64,000 bases of DNA from an uncultured Actinomycetota bacterium (GCA_963829525.1 CAWHIJ010000003.1:1408001-1472000), one strand, 5' to 3'. Counted from the stretch's first letter, positions 18,192 through 28,279 are shown. Translations and numbers: made by a program. The notes: generated by a model from the sequence alone, not told the origin.

Positions 18192-18893
18192 ATGGATGAG
18201 CGTGTCGGTATCAAGAGTCAAGCGCCGATGTCTGGCAGGCCGAGCATGATCGGGGTGATCGGCGGAACCGGTGCTTTGGGGCGCGGCCTGGCGTCCCGTC
18301 TTGCCGCGGCTGGGCATCAGGTGAGGATCGGTTCCCGCGACCCGAATCGTGCTGAAGAAGCTGCAGCTCTTCTCGACGAACGGATCACGGGAGCCTCCAA
18401 CGCCGAGGTCTGTGCCAGTGACCTGGTCGTCATTGCCGTTCCGTGGCCGGCGCATGAGCAGACGATTATGCAGCTAAGGGATGAGCTCGACGGGCGCATC
18501 GTGATCGACTGCGTGAACCCTCTCGGGTTTGACGAGCGCGGTCCATACGCGCTCACCGTCGACGCTGGGAGCGTCGCCCAGCAGGCGCAACGGCTGCTCC
18601 CGAATAGCACGGTTGTCGGCGCGTTTCACCACGTCTCGGCAGAGCTCCTGCTGGATGGTGGAGATTTGGACACCGATGTGCTCGTGCTCGGAGATGATCG
18701 CGGTGCTGTCGATCAGGTCATAGCACTGGCGGACAGCATCACAGGGCTGCGTGGAGTCTTCGCAGGGCGACTTCGCAACGTCGGGCAGGTGGAGGCCCTC
18801 ACCGCGAACTTGATCGCCGTCAACCGTCGCTATCGGGTGCAGTCTGGGATCAGAGTGGCTGGACTTCCGCCCCTCTCAGGTCCCGCTCACTGA
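18192..18893 (+). CDS. npdG: NADPH-dependent F420 reductase
   Basis: IGVIGGTGALGRGLA, IGSR, IDCVNPLGFD, VVGAFHHVSA, QVEALTANLIAVNRRY; start could also be 18246. Confidence 0.9.
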   Translation: MDERVGIKSQAPMSGRPSMIGVIGGTGALGRGLASRLAAAGHQVRIGSRDPNRAEEAAALLDERITGASNAEVCASDLVVIAVPWPAHEQTIMQLRDELDGRIVIDCVNPLGFDERGPYALTVDAGSVAQQAQRLLPNSTVVGAFHHVSAELLLDGGDLDTDVLVLGDDRGAVDQVIALADSITGLRGVFAGRLRNVGQVEALTANLIAVNRRYRVQSGIRVAGLPPLSGPAH

Positions 18894-19765
18894 TAAGACT
18901 GCTCAGCTGAGGGGTAGTTGCCGCTCACAACGTCATCAGACCAGGTACGTACCGCATCGGAGATGACCGAGCGGACGTCCCCATAGGAGCGGACGAACTT
19001 CGGGCGCGGGGTAGGCGTAAGTCCGACGAGGTCCTGCCACACGTTCACCTGCGCATCGCAGCCGTTGCCCGCCCCGATCCCAATCGTCGGAATGGAAAGT
19101 GCATCGGTAACGCGCTGTGCCAGCTCAGCGGGCACGACCTCGAGAACGACGGCGAACGCGCCTGCTGCCTCGAGCGACTTGGCGTCTCGCAGTAGTCGCT
19201 CACCCGAGCCGCCGCGTCCCTGGACGCGGTAACCGCCCAGAGCGTTGATCGACTGTGGGGTCAAACCCAGATGACCCATGACGGGGATGCCGGCGCCAAC
19301 CAGTGCCTCAACCTGAGGCACGATTCGCTGGCCGCCCTCGAGTTTGACAGCGTGCGCACCCCCCTCTTTGAGGAATCGGGCAGCCTGAGCAAGTGCTTGG
19401 TCGGGCGAGGCCTGGTAGCTGCCGAACGGCATGTCGGCCACCACCAGAGCACGCTGTGTTGATCTCGCGACGGCGGCGACCAACGGGACCAACTCGTCCA
19501 TGGTGATGGGGATCGTCGTCTCATAGCCGTAGACCACATTGGCTGCGGAGTCTCCGACCAGCAGCACTGGAATGCCGACTTCGTCAAAAAGCCGGGCGGT
19601 CATCGCGTCGTACGCGGTGAGCATCGGCCAACGCTCGCCGCGCTGCTTGGCACTCGCCAAGTCGTGCAGCGTCACACGCCCTGATCTGGTCGCACCGTAG
19701 AGTCGTGGGCTGTCGGCGCCGGTCGATGGACGGTCTGAGCCTGGAGATTGGACGGTGGGGGTCAT
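18887..19765 (-). CDS. panB: 3-methyl-2-oxobutanoate hydroxymethyltransferase
   Basis: MLTAYD, LLVGDS, VVADMPFGSY, AVKLEGG, GHLGLTPQS, PTIGIGAG; SD GAAGGGA. Confidence 0.97.
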   Translation of the reverse strand: MTPTVQSPGSDRPSTGADSPRLYGATRSGRVTLHDLASAKQRGERWPMLTAYDAMTARLFDEVGIPVLLVGDSAANVVYGYETTIPITMDELVPLVAAVARSTQRALVVADMPFGSYQASPDQALAQAARFLKEGGAHAVKLEGGQRIVPQVEALVGAGIPVMGHLGLTPQSINALGGYRVQGRGGSGERLLRDAKSLEAAGAFAVVLEVVPAELAQRVTDALSIPTIGIGAGNGCDAQVNVWQDLVGLTPTPRPKFVRSYGDVRSVISDAVRTWSDDVVSGNYPSAEQSYQ

Positions 19766-19779
19766 CTCGTATCCCTTCG

Positions 19780-19805
19780 CCTCGAGGCCATGTGTGGTCC
19801 CCGGA
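19780..19805 (-). promoter_or_regulatory. Candidate cis-regulatory RNA hairpin (pan-motif-like) in the panB 5' leader
   Basis: UC-CGGGG-A-CCA-CACA-UGG-CCUCG-A-GG: a stem with one bulged A on each strand, ending 1 nt before the SD. Confidence 0.5.
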
Positions 19806-19813
19806 CTGCTCTC

Positions 19814-21466
19814 ATGGTGACACCACGAGGGGCAGAACCCAAACATCCGGGCAGGGGCGACTTTTGGGACCCGGCTGACCACGGTGGAGAGGGGCACCCC
19901 CGGCGGTGGGCGATCCTTGGGGTGCTCCTGGTGAGCCTGTTGATCGTCGTTCTGGACAACACGGTGCTCAACATTGCTCTCCCCACCATCCAGCGCGACC
20001 TGTCGGCAACGCCGGGAGAGCTCGTCTGGGCCGTAGACGCCTACATCTTGGCCTTTGCGGCGCTGCTCTTCACCTGGGGAGTACTTGGCGACAAGTACGG
20101 GCGCCGGCGCATTCTGCTGATCGGCCTGACTCTCTTTGCCGTCGCTTCAGCCATCTGTGCCTTCTCGGTAAACGCCCACATGCTGATCGCGTTCCGCGCG
20201 GTCATGGGCGTGGGTGGTGCCGCCGTCCTGCCGGTGACGCTCGCGATCATCACCGTGATCTTCCCCCGAGAGGAGCGCGGAAAGGCGATCGGCACTTGGG
20301 CGGGGGCAGTCGGTGGCGCGGTAGCGCTGGGGCCGGTTCTCGGGGGACTTCTGCTCGAGCACCCGGAGTGGTCAGAGTGGCTGACCGGGAACGCCTGGGG
20401 GTCGGTCTTCTTGATCAATGTGCCGATCATCGCGATCGGGATCTTCGGGATCATCCGCGTCGTTCCAGAGACGCGCAACCCCAACCCGCGCCGTCTTGAT
20501 GTCACTGGTCTCGTTGTCTCGGCAGTTGGGTTGTTCTCGCTGGTCTTCGGCATCATCCACGCAAGTGAAGCCGGCACCTGGCTCGATCCGATGGTGTTGG
20601 GCCCCATTGCGGCGGGAGTTGCGATCCTCACGGTCTTTGTCGTGATGGAAGCCCGCAGCGACCATGCGTCATTCGATGTCTCGTTGTTCGGCAGTCGCGG
20701 ATTCTCGGTCAGCCTCGCCGCCATGAGCCTGGCGTTCTTCGCTCTCTCCGGCATCACATTCACGCTGCCATTCTTCCTTCAGGTACTGCGGGGCTACGAC
20801 ACTCTGCAGGCTGGTTTGTGCTTCATCCCGTTCGCCGTTGGACAGCTGCTCGCGGCCCCGCGCAGCGCCACAGTTGTCGCACGCTTCGGCTACCGGCCGG
20901 TCATGACGATCGGGCTGATCGTGGTGGGGGGTGCATGTCTGGGTATCGCTGCCATGGACGTGAAGACACCGCTCTGGGTGATCTTGACGGTGTTCTTCGC
21001 CTTCGGCTTCGGTATGGGTAACGTCATGGCTCCGGCGTCGACGCTGATCCAGAACTCGTTGCCACTGGCGCAGGCAGGAGCGGGCTCCGCTGTCTCCAAC
21101 ACCGTCCGCCAGATTGGCGGCGCCCTCGGAGTGGCCGTTATCGGGACCCTGCTGGCGACGACCTACGCGGCCGCCGCCCGCGAGACTCTCGCGGAACTTC
21201 CCGACCAGGCCCGTGCCACGGCGTCGACGTCGATCGTGGCGACAGACGTGGTTCTCGACGCCGCCATCGACGCCGGCCTTCCGGCAGGACAGGCCGAAGT
21301 ACTCAGGGCCGCTGCCTACCAGGACTTCCTCGATGCAACACAGCTCACTTCGCTGATCTCGGCGGGGATCGTCGCGCTGGCAGCACTGGTCGTGATCCTC
21401 TTCCTTCCCACCATCACGCCGCCTGAGCACGTGAAGCAGAAGGCGGCCGCCGATCCCGGGCCTTAG
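19814..21466 (+). CDS. DHA2 (EmrB/QacA-type) MFS efflux transporter
   Basis: LDNTVLNIALPTI, WAVDAYIL, GVLGDKYGRRR, GPVLGGLL, WGSVFLINVPI; start uncertain. Confidence 0.92.
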   Translation: MVTPRGAEPKHPGRGDFWDPADHGGEGHPRRWAILGVLLVSLLIVVLDNTVLNIALPTIQRDLSATPGELVWAVDAYILAFAALLFTWGVLGDKYGRRRILLIGLTLFAVASAICAFSVNAHMLIAFRAVMGVGGAAVLPVTLAIITVIFPREERGKAIGTWAGAVGGAVALGPVLGGLLLEHPEWSEWLTGNAWGSVFLINVPIIAIGIFGIIRVVPETRNPNPRRLDVTGLVVSAVGLFSLVFGIIHASEAGTWLDPMVLGPIAAGVAILTVFVVMEARSDHASFDVSLFGSRGFSVSLAAMSLAFFALSGITFTLPFFLQVLRGYDTLQAGLCFIPFAVGQLLAAPRSATVVARFGYRPVMTIGLIVVGGACLGIAAMDVKTPLWVILTVFFAFGFGMGNVMAPASTLIQNSLPLAQAGAGSAVSNTVRQIGGALGVAVIGTLLATTYAAAARETLAELPDQARATASTSIVATDVVLDAAIDAGLPAGQAEVLRAAAYQDFLDATQLTSLISAGIVALAALVVILFLPTITPPEHVKQKAAADPGP

Positions 21467-22845
21467 TCGGTACTCGGTGCTCGAGTACCGGCAAGCTGAG
21501 TGAGATACGACTCACGCCAGTCCGCGATCGTCCACCCCCTGAGAACCTCATCGAGTTCTCGCCAACGGCGTCTGCGCTCGGGCAGAGTCATGGTGATCGA
21601 TCGGTGGATTGCCTCGGCCACGCCGTCGACGTCGTGCGGGTTCACGATCACCGCGCTCTCCAGCTCGCGGGCGGCACCGGCGAATGACGACAGAATCAGC
21701 ACACCCGGGTCCTCGGGGTCCTGAGCGGCGACGTACTCCTTGGCGACCAGGTTCATACCGTCTCGCAACGGCGTCACAAGCCCGACTCGGGCAGTGCGGT
21801 AGAAGCCGGCCAGCGTGCTTTGGGTGTAGGTGCGGTTGACATAGCGCAGCGGTACCCAGTCTGCCTCGCTGAACCGGCCGTTGACGGCCCCGGACTGGCG
21901 CTCGAGGTCGGCGCGGATCTGGCGGTACTCCGGAACCTCGCCGCGTGAGGTTGGTGCCACCTGGAGGAAGACGGCCTGGCGACGGTGCTCAGCGTGGCGG
22001 TCGAGAAACCGACCGAAAGCAGCGAACCGATCGTGCAGGCCCTTGGAGTAGTCCAGGCGGTCGACGCCGACGATGAGCCAGCGACCCAACAGCGAGTCAC
22101 GGAGTCGCCGCACGGTCACCTGCTGGGACGCGCGCATGGCTTGCTGGGAGACGAGGTCGCGGTCGATCGAGATCGGGATGCACTTCACCAAGGTGCGCGT
22201 CCCCGACGGCATTGTCACGTGGTCGTCGTAGGTGAGGCTGCCTCCGGCCAGGTTGATGAGGTAGTCAACACACGCCTGTCGGTCTCCCTCGGTCTGGAAC
22301 CCAACCAGGTCGTAGTCAGTGAGCGCCTCCATCAATGCGCGGTGTCCTGGCAGGGCGACAACGAGGTCAGGAGGGGGGAGCGGCGTGTGCAGGAAGAAGC
22401 CGATGCGAGCGCGGACTCCCTCTTCACGCAGCAGCGCTGCGAGAGGCATGAGGTGGTAGTCCTGCACCCACACGAGGTCGTCGTCCTCGATCATCGGGGC
22501 AAGCAGCCTGGCGAAAGACCGGTTGACCCGCTGGTAACCCCGGTATGTGTCGCGTCGGTAATCGACCAGGTCCAGGCGGTAGTGCAGCAGGGGCCACAGC
22601 GTCCGGTTGGCAAACCCGTTGTAGTAGGCGTCGTACTCGGGCCTTGCAAGATCGACAGTGACGTACTTGATGCCGCCTTCGGTCATCTCGGTGGGTGGCC
22701 CGGGGGAGTCGGCAACTTTGCCGGACCAGCCGAACCAGATCCCTCCGTTCTCGGCGAGCGCAGCGTGCATTGCGGCCGCCAGCCCACCCGCCCGTGTCTC
22801 GCGAGGTAGTGCCACCCGATTGGACACGACGATGAGCCTGCTCAT
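21463..22845 (-). CDS. otsA: Trehalose-6-phosphate synthase
   Basis: MSRLIVVSNRV, WFGWSG, YYNGFANRTLWPLLHY, WVQDYHL, GVDRLDYSKG, DGMNLVAKEY. Confidence 0.96.
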   Translation of the reverse strand: MSRLIVVSNRVALPRETRAGGLAAAMHAALAENGGIWFGWSGKVADSPGPPTEMTEGGIKYVTVDLARPEYDAYYNGFANRTLWPLLHYRLDLVDYRRDTYRGYQRVNRSFARLLAPMIEDDDLVWVQDYHLMPLAALLREEGVRARIGFFLHTPLPPPDLVVALPGHRALMEALTDYDLVGFQTEGDRQACVDYLINLAGGSLTYDDHVTMPSGTRTLVKCIPISIDRDLVSQQAMRASQQVTVRRLRDSLLGRWLIVGVDRLDYSKGLHDRFAAFGRFLDRHAEHRRQAVFLQVAPTSRGEVPEYRQIRADLERQSGAVNGRFSEADWVPLRYVNRTYTQSTLAGFYRTARVGLVTPLRDGMNLVAKEYVAAQDPEDPGVLILSSFAGAARELESAVIVNPHDVDGVAEAIHRSITMTLPERRRRWRELDEVLRGWTIADWRESYLTQLAGTRAPSTD

Positions 22846-24629
22846 GAGGCATGCTCCCAGGGGCGGGACAGCCGCATCGCGATCTGGATGATCCCCAACA
22901 TCGAGTATGTCTGCGGGAAGTTGCCCCACAGCTCGCCGGTCTCGGGGTGGAGGTCCTCGGACATCAGGCCGAGGTTGTTGCGCCTGCTCAGAATCTGCTC
23001 GAACAGACTTCGAGCTTCATCGGTACGCCCCACCCGGGCCAGGGCATCGAGGTACCAGAAGGTGCAGAGGTTGAACGACGTACGTGGCTCTCCGAAGTCG
23101 TCGGCATCGACGTATCGGAACAGGTAGTCACCGCGCTTGAGGTGCTTTTCGACAGCTGCCAGCGTTCCGAGGAACCGCTCGTCGTCGGCTGAGACAAAGC
23201 CCAGGTCAGGCAGCACCAGGGTTGAGGCATCGAGCCGGGAACCACCCCATGTCTCCATGAAGGCTCCACGCTCGTTGTCATAGGCCTCATGGATGATTCG
23301 GTCACGCATGAGATCGGCCCGTGAGCGCCAGTGCGCTGCGCGATCTCGAGCACCGAGCTGGATGGCGATCTTGGCCAACCGGTCGGCGGCCACCCAGCAC
23401 ATCACGCTGCTGTAGGTGTGCACCCCCTGGCGGCCCCGGAACTCCCAGAGACCGGCGTCTGGTTGGTCAAAGAGCTCGTAGGCGAGGTCACCCGCTCGCT
23501 CGAGCTGCTCGAATGCTCCCTCGTCGCCAGGAGTTGTCAGTCGCTGGTCGAAGAACAGGTGCGTTGACGCCATGACGACGCTTCCGTAGACATCGTGCTG
23601 TTTCTGCAGGTACGCCTCGTTGCCGCTGCGCACAGGTCCCTGGCCGCGATATCCGGCGAGGTGTGCCTCGATCTGCTCGGTAAGTGCGCGCTCGAAGTGG
23701 ATGCCGTAGACCGGCTGCATCTGCTCAGTCCCCGAGGCCAGCGTGTAGATGTACCCAAGGAAGTCCTCCATACTCTTGGTCGCCCCGAGCTGGTTGAGAG
23801 TTCGCACCACGAAGGCTGCGTCGCGTAGCCAGCAGTAGCGATAGTCCCAGTTGCGGCCGGTGTCTGGCGCTTCCGGTATCGACGTGGTCAGCGCCGCGAC
23901 GATGGCTCCCGTCCCCTCGTACTGACAGAGCTTTAGGGTGATCGCCGCGCGGATCACCGCGTCCTGCCACTCGAAGGGGATCGACAGCGAACGTGACCAC
24001 GACTGCCAGTAGTCGAGCGTTCGATCGTAAGCCTCGCGAGCAAACGCCTCGGCCGACGTCGTCAGACTCTCGTCCGGGCCGAGGATCATGTTGATGGGGC
24101 GGTCGAGGACGAATGGCAACTCGCGTTCGATGTAGGGCACTCGGGTATCAGTCGTCAGTCGAAGAGTCGTCTCCTTCAAGACCCACCGGATGTGGTGGCT
24201 GCCACTCGTTCGTTCGGGGATTCGCCCGCCCCAGTCGGTGAGGGGCCGCACTCGTATCGTGACGCGCGGCCCACCGGAGAGGGGCCGGATGCGGCGCACG
24301 TACATGACCGGGTGGTAGAGGCGGTCCCATCGGTGGAAGCGCGGGGCGAAGTCAGTGATCTCAACGGCGCTGCCGTCCTCGGCGCTGAGCACTGTGACCA
24401 AGACTGCTGTGTTGGGGAGGTAGCGCTGCTCGGTGGAGACCAGACCTTCGAGCTCGACGGCGCACACTCCGTGGCCCTCGGACTCTGGCTGGAGCAGCTC
24501 GCAGAACGTGGGATCAGCCGCCAGATGGGGCAGACAGCCCCAGACGTAGCGACCCTGCGCGTCGACCAGCATGCCGACCGTACCGTTGCCGATCACCGCC
24601 AGGTCGAGGGACTGCTCGGGAGGGGTCAT
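22842..24629 (-). CDS. Glycoside hydrolase family 15 (trehalase / glucoamylase-like)
   Basis: GAIVAALTTSIPE, RNWDYRYCWLRD, QHDVYG, GLWEFR, LMSED...LWGNFPQTYS. Confidence 0.93.
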   Translation of the reverse strand: MTPPEQSLDLAVIGNGTVGMLVDAQGRYVWGCLPHLAADPTFCELLQPESEGHGVCAVELEGLVSTEQRYLPNTAVLVTVLSAEDGSAVEITDFAPRFHRWDRLYHPVMYVRRIRPLSGGPRVTIRVRPLTDWGGRIPERTSGSHHIRWVLKETTLRLTTDTRVPYIERELPFVLDRPINMILGPDESLTTSAEAFAREAYDRTLDYWQSWSRSLSIPFEWQDAVIRAAITLKLCQYEGTGAIVAALTTSIPEAPDTGRNWDYRYCWLRDAAFVVRTLNQLGATKSMEDFLGYIYTLASGTEQMQPVYGIHFERALTEQIEAHLAGYRGQGPVRSGNEAYLQKQHDVYGSVVMASTHLFFDQRLTTPGDEGAFEQLERAGDLAYELFDQPDAGLWEFRGRQGVHTYSSVMCWVAADRLAKIAIQLGARDRAAHWRSRADLMRDRIIHEAYDNERGAFMETWGGSRLDASTLVLPDLGFVSADDERFLGTLAAVEKHLKRGDYLFRYVDADDFGEPRTSFNLCTFWYLDALARVGRTDEARSLFEQILSRRNNLGLMSEDLHPETGELWGNFPQTYSMLGIIQIAMRLSRPWEHAS

Positions 24630-25396
24630 GGGAACACCTCCTCGGGAATCTCGGTCAGCCATCCGCGCACCGACTCCGGATCGGAGATCCGATACTGCGC
24701 GACGGTATCGTCACGCGGACCGACGAGCACCGACATCCCCCCGTGGCGGTGCGCTGCGGCGAAGGCGAACTCATCGGTGTGGTCGTCCCCGACCACCACT
24801 GGGTGGCGACCGAAGAAGGGAGAGCACGTCATCAACTCGTCCAGGGCCAGACCCTTGTCGAACGAGGCTGGTCGAAGTTCTTGCACGTAGGCGCCACGCT
24901 GCACCTCGAGCGCACCGTGGGATGCGGCGGCGACCCGCTCGACCAGTGCCCGTGCGGCCGCTTCGTGCTGGGGAGCCTCGCGGTAGTGCAGCGCCAGGCC
25001 GTATCCCTTGTCCTCGATCCAGCTGCCCGGCAGCTCTGCCGCTCCCTCTGTCAGCGCAGCGCGCGTCAGATGCAGCTGGCTGACGTCTGGTCGGTGCAAC
25101 CGTGTCCCGGCGCCGCCCCTGACCTCGGCGCCGTGTCCTCCGGCAGCGAACGGCTGCCACGGGTCGAAGACTCGATCGATGTCGTGCAAGGGCCTTCCAG
25201 AGATCAGTGCGAGGGCTCCGTCGAGTGCAGTGCTGATCGACTTCAGCAACAAGATCAGGCCCTCGGTTGCCCTGACCAGATCGGGATGCGATTCGAACTC
25301 CAAGAGAGTTCCGTCGATGTCAAGAAAGAGAGCGGTTGGCTGTCGCGAGAGCTCAGCCCACGCGGGTGGGGGAGGCAGGGGCATTGCCGGGTTCAC
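24626..25396 (-). CDS. otsB: Trehalose-6-phosphate phosphatase (HAD)
   Basis: ALFLDIDGTL, ISGR, GGHGAE, IEDKG...LHYR, DKG, VGDDHTDE; GTG overlaps the nadE stop. Confidence 0.93.
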   Translation of the reverse strand: MNPAMPLPPPPAWAELSRQPTALFLDIDGTLLEFESHPDLVRATEGLILLLKSISTALDGALALISGRPLHDIDRVFDPWQPFAAGGHGAEVRGGAGTRLHRPDVSQLHLTRAALTEGAAELPGSWIEDKGYGLALHYREAPQHEAAARALVERVAAASHGALEVQRGAYVQELRPASFDKGLALDELMTCSPFFGRHPVVVGDDHTDEFAFAAAHRHGGMSVLVGPRDDTVAQYRISDPESVRGWLTEIPEEVFP

Positions 25397-27093
25397 GAGT
25401 GCCGCTGATGGTCGATGTCTTCTTGCCACCGGTTGGTGATGGGCAGTCGCCGGTCGCGGCCGAACGCCTTGAGCGAGATCTTCGGTCCTGGCGGGTACTG
25501 GCGGCGCTTGTACTCGGCGCGGTCGGTGAGCGTTATCACGCGCTCGACCAGGGCGGGGTCGAAGCCTGCCGCAATGAGATCGAACGCCCCCTGGTCCTGC
25601 TCGATGTAGTCATCGAGCACGTCGTCCAGCAGCGCGTAGTCCGGTAGTGAGTCGGTGTCGAGCTGGCCAGGACGCAGCTCTGCCGACGGTGGTTTGTCGA
25701 TGCTGCTCGGCGGGATCGGGGGCACCTCGCCGGAGGCTTCCGCGGCCTTGTTGCGCCACCGCGACAGCTGCCACACGAGCGTCTTCGGAACGTCCTTGAG
25801 GGGAGCAAATGCCCCAACGGCGTCACCGTAGAGCGTCGAGTACCCGACCGCGAGCTCACTCTTGTTGCCAGTAGCCAGCACCAGGTGACCCTCCTGGTTT
25901 GAGATGCCCATCAGTGTGGTCCCGCGAACGCGGGCCTGCAGGTTCTCTTCAGCAACGCCGGACAGGTGCAGCTGGGCGAGATACGCATCGACCATCGAGG
26001 CGATGGGTACCTCACGGAAGTGAAGCCCGGATCGGGCGGCCAGGTCGGCGGCGTCGTCTCGAGAGTGTTGGGACGAGTAGGTGCTCGGCATTCCCACACC
26101 GAACACGTGCTCGGCACCCAAGGCGTCTACGGCGATCGCAGCGGTGAGCGCAGAGTCGATGCCACCTGAGAGTCCGATCACAGCGGTACTGAAGCCGTTC
26201 TTGTGCACGTAGTCGCGCAGGCCGCACACCAGGGCCTCGTACACCTCCTCTACCTCGTCCAGCCTCGCGGTGATCGGGTGCTGGGCGGTCGGATCTGGGG
26301 GGAGGTCAGCGTAGATGATGGCAGTGAGGAACTGCGGTCCCCGAACGAGCACGTCGCCCTCATGGTCGACCACTAGCGAGTCGCCGTCGAAAACCAGTTC
26401 GTCCTGGCCGCCGACCATGTTGACGTAGGCGAGCGGCATTCCCGCCTCCCGAGCTCGCCGGCGACAGAGCGCGAGGCGGGTGTCGTCCTTGTTCCGTTCG
26501 TAGGGTGAGCCATTGATGACCACCAGCAGCTCGGCCTCGGACTCAGTGGCCCAGACCACGGGACCTCCGTCCTGCCAGAGGTCCTCGCAGATCGACAGCG
26601 CCACTCGATGTCCGTCCACCTCGAACGTGCACCCTTTCGTTCCTGGCACGAAGTACCGGTACTCGTCGAACACTCCGTAGTTCGGCAGGTGGTGCTTGGC
26701 ATAGCGGGTCATCACTGCGCCAGACCGGAGGACTGCTGCGGCATTCTGGGGCGAGTGGCGGGGGCTACCCAGGCGGTCGGCCCCGTCGACGTCGGTGTCG
26801 AGGTAGCCGACGACCACCGTGATCTCAGCCAGTCCTGCGGCCGCCAGGCGTGTGGCGAGGACGCTCATCGTCTGCTGTGAGGCCTCGATGAACGACTTGC
26901 GGAGGGCAAGGTCCTCGATCGGATAGCCAGTGAGGAACATCTCTGGGAAGACCACCAGGCGAGCCCCCGCGTCCGCAGCCTCTTGGGTGCGACTGAGCAC
27001 CAGCTCAGCGTTGCCGGTCAGGTCGCCAACAGTGGCGTTCTCCTGGACCAGAGCGACTCGCCAAGGACGCGAGGTGTTCTGGTCGGGAGCCAC
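25393..27093 (-). CDS. nadE: Glutamine-dependent NAD+ synthetase
   Basis: Nitrilase domain (FPEMFLTGY, KHHLPNYGVFDE, ICEDLW) plus GLSGGIDS, ENLQARVRG, TGNKSE, PSAELRPGQ. Confidence 0.97.
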   Translation of the reverse strand: MAPDQNTSRPWRVALVQENATVGDLTGNAELVLSRTQEAADAGARLVVFPEMFLTGYPIEDLALRKSFIEASQQTMSVLATRLAAAGLAEITVVVGYLDTDVDGADRLGSPRHSPQNAAAVLRSGAVMTRYAKHHLPNYGVFDEYRYFVPGTKGCTFEVDGHRVALSICEDLWQDGGPVVWATESEAELLVVINGSPYERNKDDTRLALCRRRAREAGMPLAYVNMVGGQDELVFDGDSLVVDHEGDVLVRGPQFLTAIIYADLPPDPTAQHPITARLDEVEEVYEALVCGLRDYVHKNGFSTAVIGLSGGIDSALTAAIAVDALGAEHVFGVGMPSTYSSQHSRDDAADLAARSGLHFREVPIASMVDAYLAQLHLSGVAEENLQARVRGTTLMGISNQEGHLVLATGNKSELAVGYSTLYGDAVGAFAPLKDVPKTLVWQLSRWRNKAAEASGEVPPIPPSSIDKPPSAELRPGQLDTDSLPDYALLDDVLDDYIEQDQGAFDLIAAGFDPALVERVITLTDRAEYKRRQYPPGPKISLKAFGRDRRLPITNRWQEDIDHQRHS

Positions 27094-27142
27094 GAGACCA
27101 CCCTAGCCACGGGCCGAATGTGAGCCGGGATACCGTCGCAGT

Positions 27143-27934
27143 GTGCTTCGCATGCTGCTCACCCCGCGCTGGGTCGCGCGGTTGGCGTTGCTGGTGGTGA
27201 TCGTGGTGGCCTGTGCCTGGCTTGGTTCCTGGCAGTGGGGTCGGGCGAGAGTCGAAGTCGTCAGGACGCCTGCAGCGGGTGTGGCGGTGCTGACCGACAT
27301 TCATCAGCCGGGACAACCGGTGAACCAGGCGCAGGTCGGTCGTCGCGTCTTGATTGACGGCGTATTCGACGCGGACCGCGAGCTGCTGGTGGTCGACCGG
27401 CAGGAGTCTGGTCGCCTTGGGGTCTGGGTGCTGGCTGCCTTCATTGTCGACGATGCTGATGGCGCTGTCGTACCCGTGGTGCGCGGATGGCTGCCGGCCG
27501 GCGCTGCTGTACCTCCGGTCCCCGGCGGACCACAGAAGATCGTTGGCTGGCTTGAGCCGACGGAGTCGGACGCGCTTCGCGAGCGTGGTCGAGATCCGCT
27601 GCCTGAGGGGCAGGTTGAGATCGTCTCCAGTGCTGAGCTGCTCTCTTTGTGGCAGCCCCCGCTGTTTCAGGGTTTCGTGATCCAGCAACAGCCTGAACCT
27701 CGCACACCGTTGGTCGGGGTCGACCCACCATCTCTGACTCTTGGCGGATCGCTCGATTGGCAAAACGCGGCCTACGGAGTTCAGTGGTGGTTGTTCGGGG
27801 TCTTTGCCATCTTCTGGTTCGTTCGGATGTTGCGGGTGGAGCGGGAGGACCTTGCGGCAGAGCCCGATGTGCTGGCCGCCGATCTGCTTGACACCATGGA
27901 GGTCAAAGACGAGCACCGATCCCCGAAGGGTTAG
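27143..27934 (+). CDS. SURF1-family membrane protein
   Basis: WLGSWQWGR, VVRGWLP, QNAAYGVQWWLF. Confidence 0.87.
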   Translation: MLRMLLTPRWVARLALLVVIVVACAWLGSWQWGRARVEVVRTPAAGVAVLTDIHQPGQPVNQAQVGRRVLIDGVFDADRELLVVDRQESGRLGVWVLAAFIVDDADGAVVPVVRGWLPAGAAVPPVPGGPQKIVGWLEPTESDALRERGRDPLPEGQVEIVSSAELLSLWQPPLFQGFVIQQQPEPRTPLVGVDPPSLTLGGSLDWQNAAYGVQWWLFGVFAIFWFVRMLRVEREDLAAEPDVLAADLLDTMEVKDEHRSPKG

Positions 27935-27937
27935 CGA

Positions 27938-28279
27938 ATGGTTGAGAGCCCGGCTGCCGAGCAGATCAAGGCCACGAGTTCGGCGCTCACCAGATACCGC
28001 GTCATGGCGTGGGCCGCGGGGATCGGCCTTCTGCTGCTCTGCTTGAACATGTTTCTCCGCTACGTTCTGGACGTAGAGACGGTGCTTGACCTCGTTCCGC
28101 GGGTTCACGGATTCGTCTACATGGCGTACCTCGTGACGGTCTTCGACCTGTCGTTCCGTCTGAAGTGGCCACTGAGCAAGGGCGTCCTCATCTGCTTGGC
28201 CGGAACCGTCCCATTCCTGTCTTTCGTCGCCGAACACCGGATCACCCGCCAGACTCGCGAGGTTCTTTCTGCGTCGTAA
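27938..28279 (+). CDS. DUF3817 membrane protein
   Basis: ALTRYRVMAW, HGFVYMAYLV, LAGTVPFLSFVAE. Confidence 0.85.
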   Translation: MVESPAAEQIKATSSALTRYRVMAWAAGIGLLLLCLNMFLRYVLDVETVLDLVPRVHGFVYMAYLVTVFDLSFRLKWPLSKGVLICLAGTVPFLSFVAEHRITRQTREVLSAS

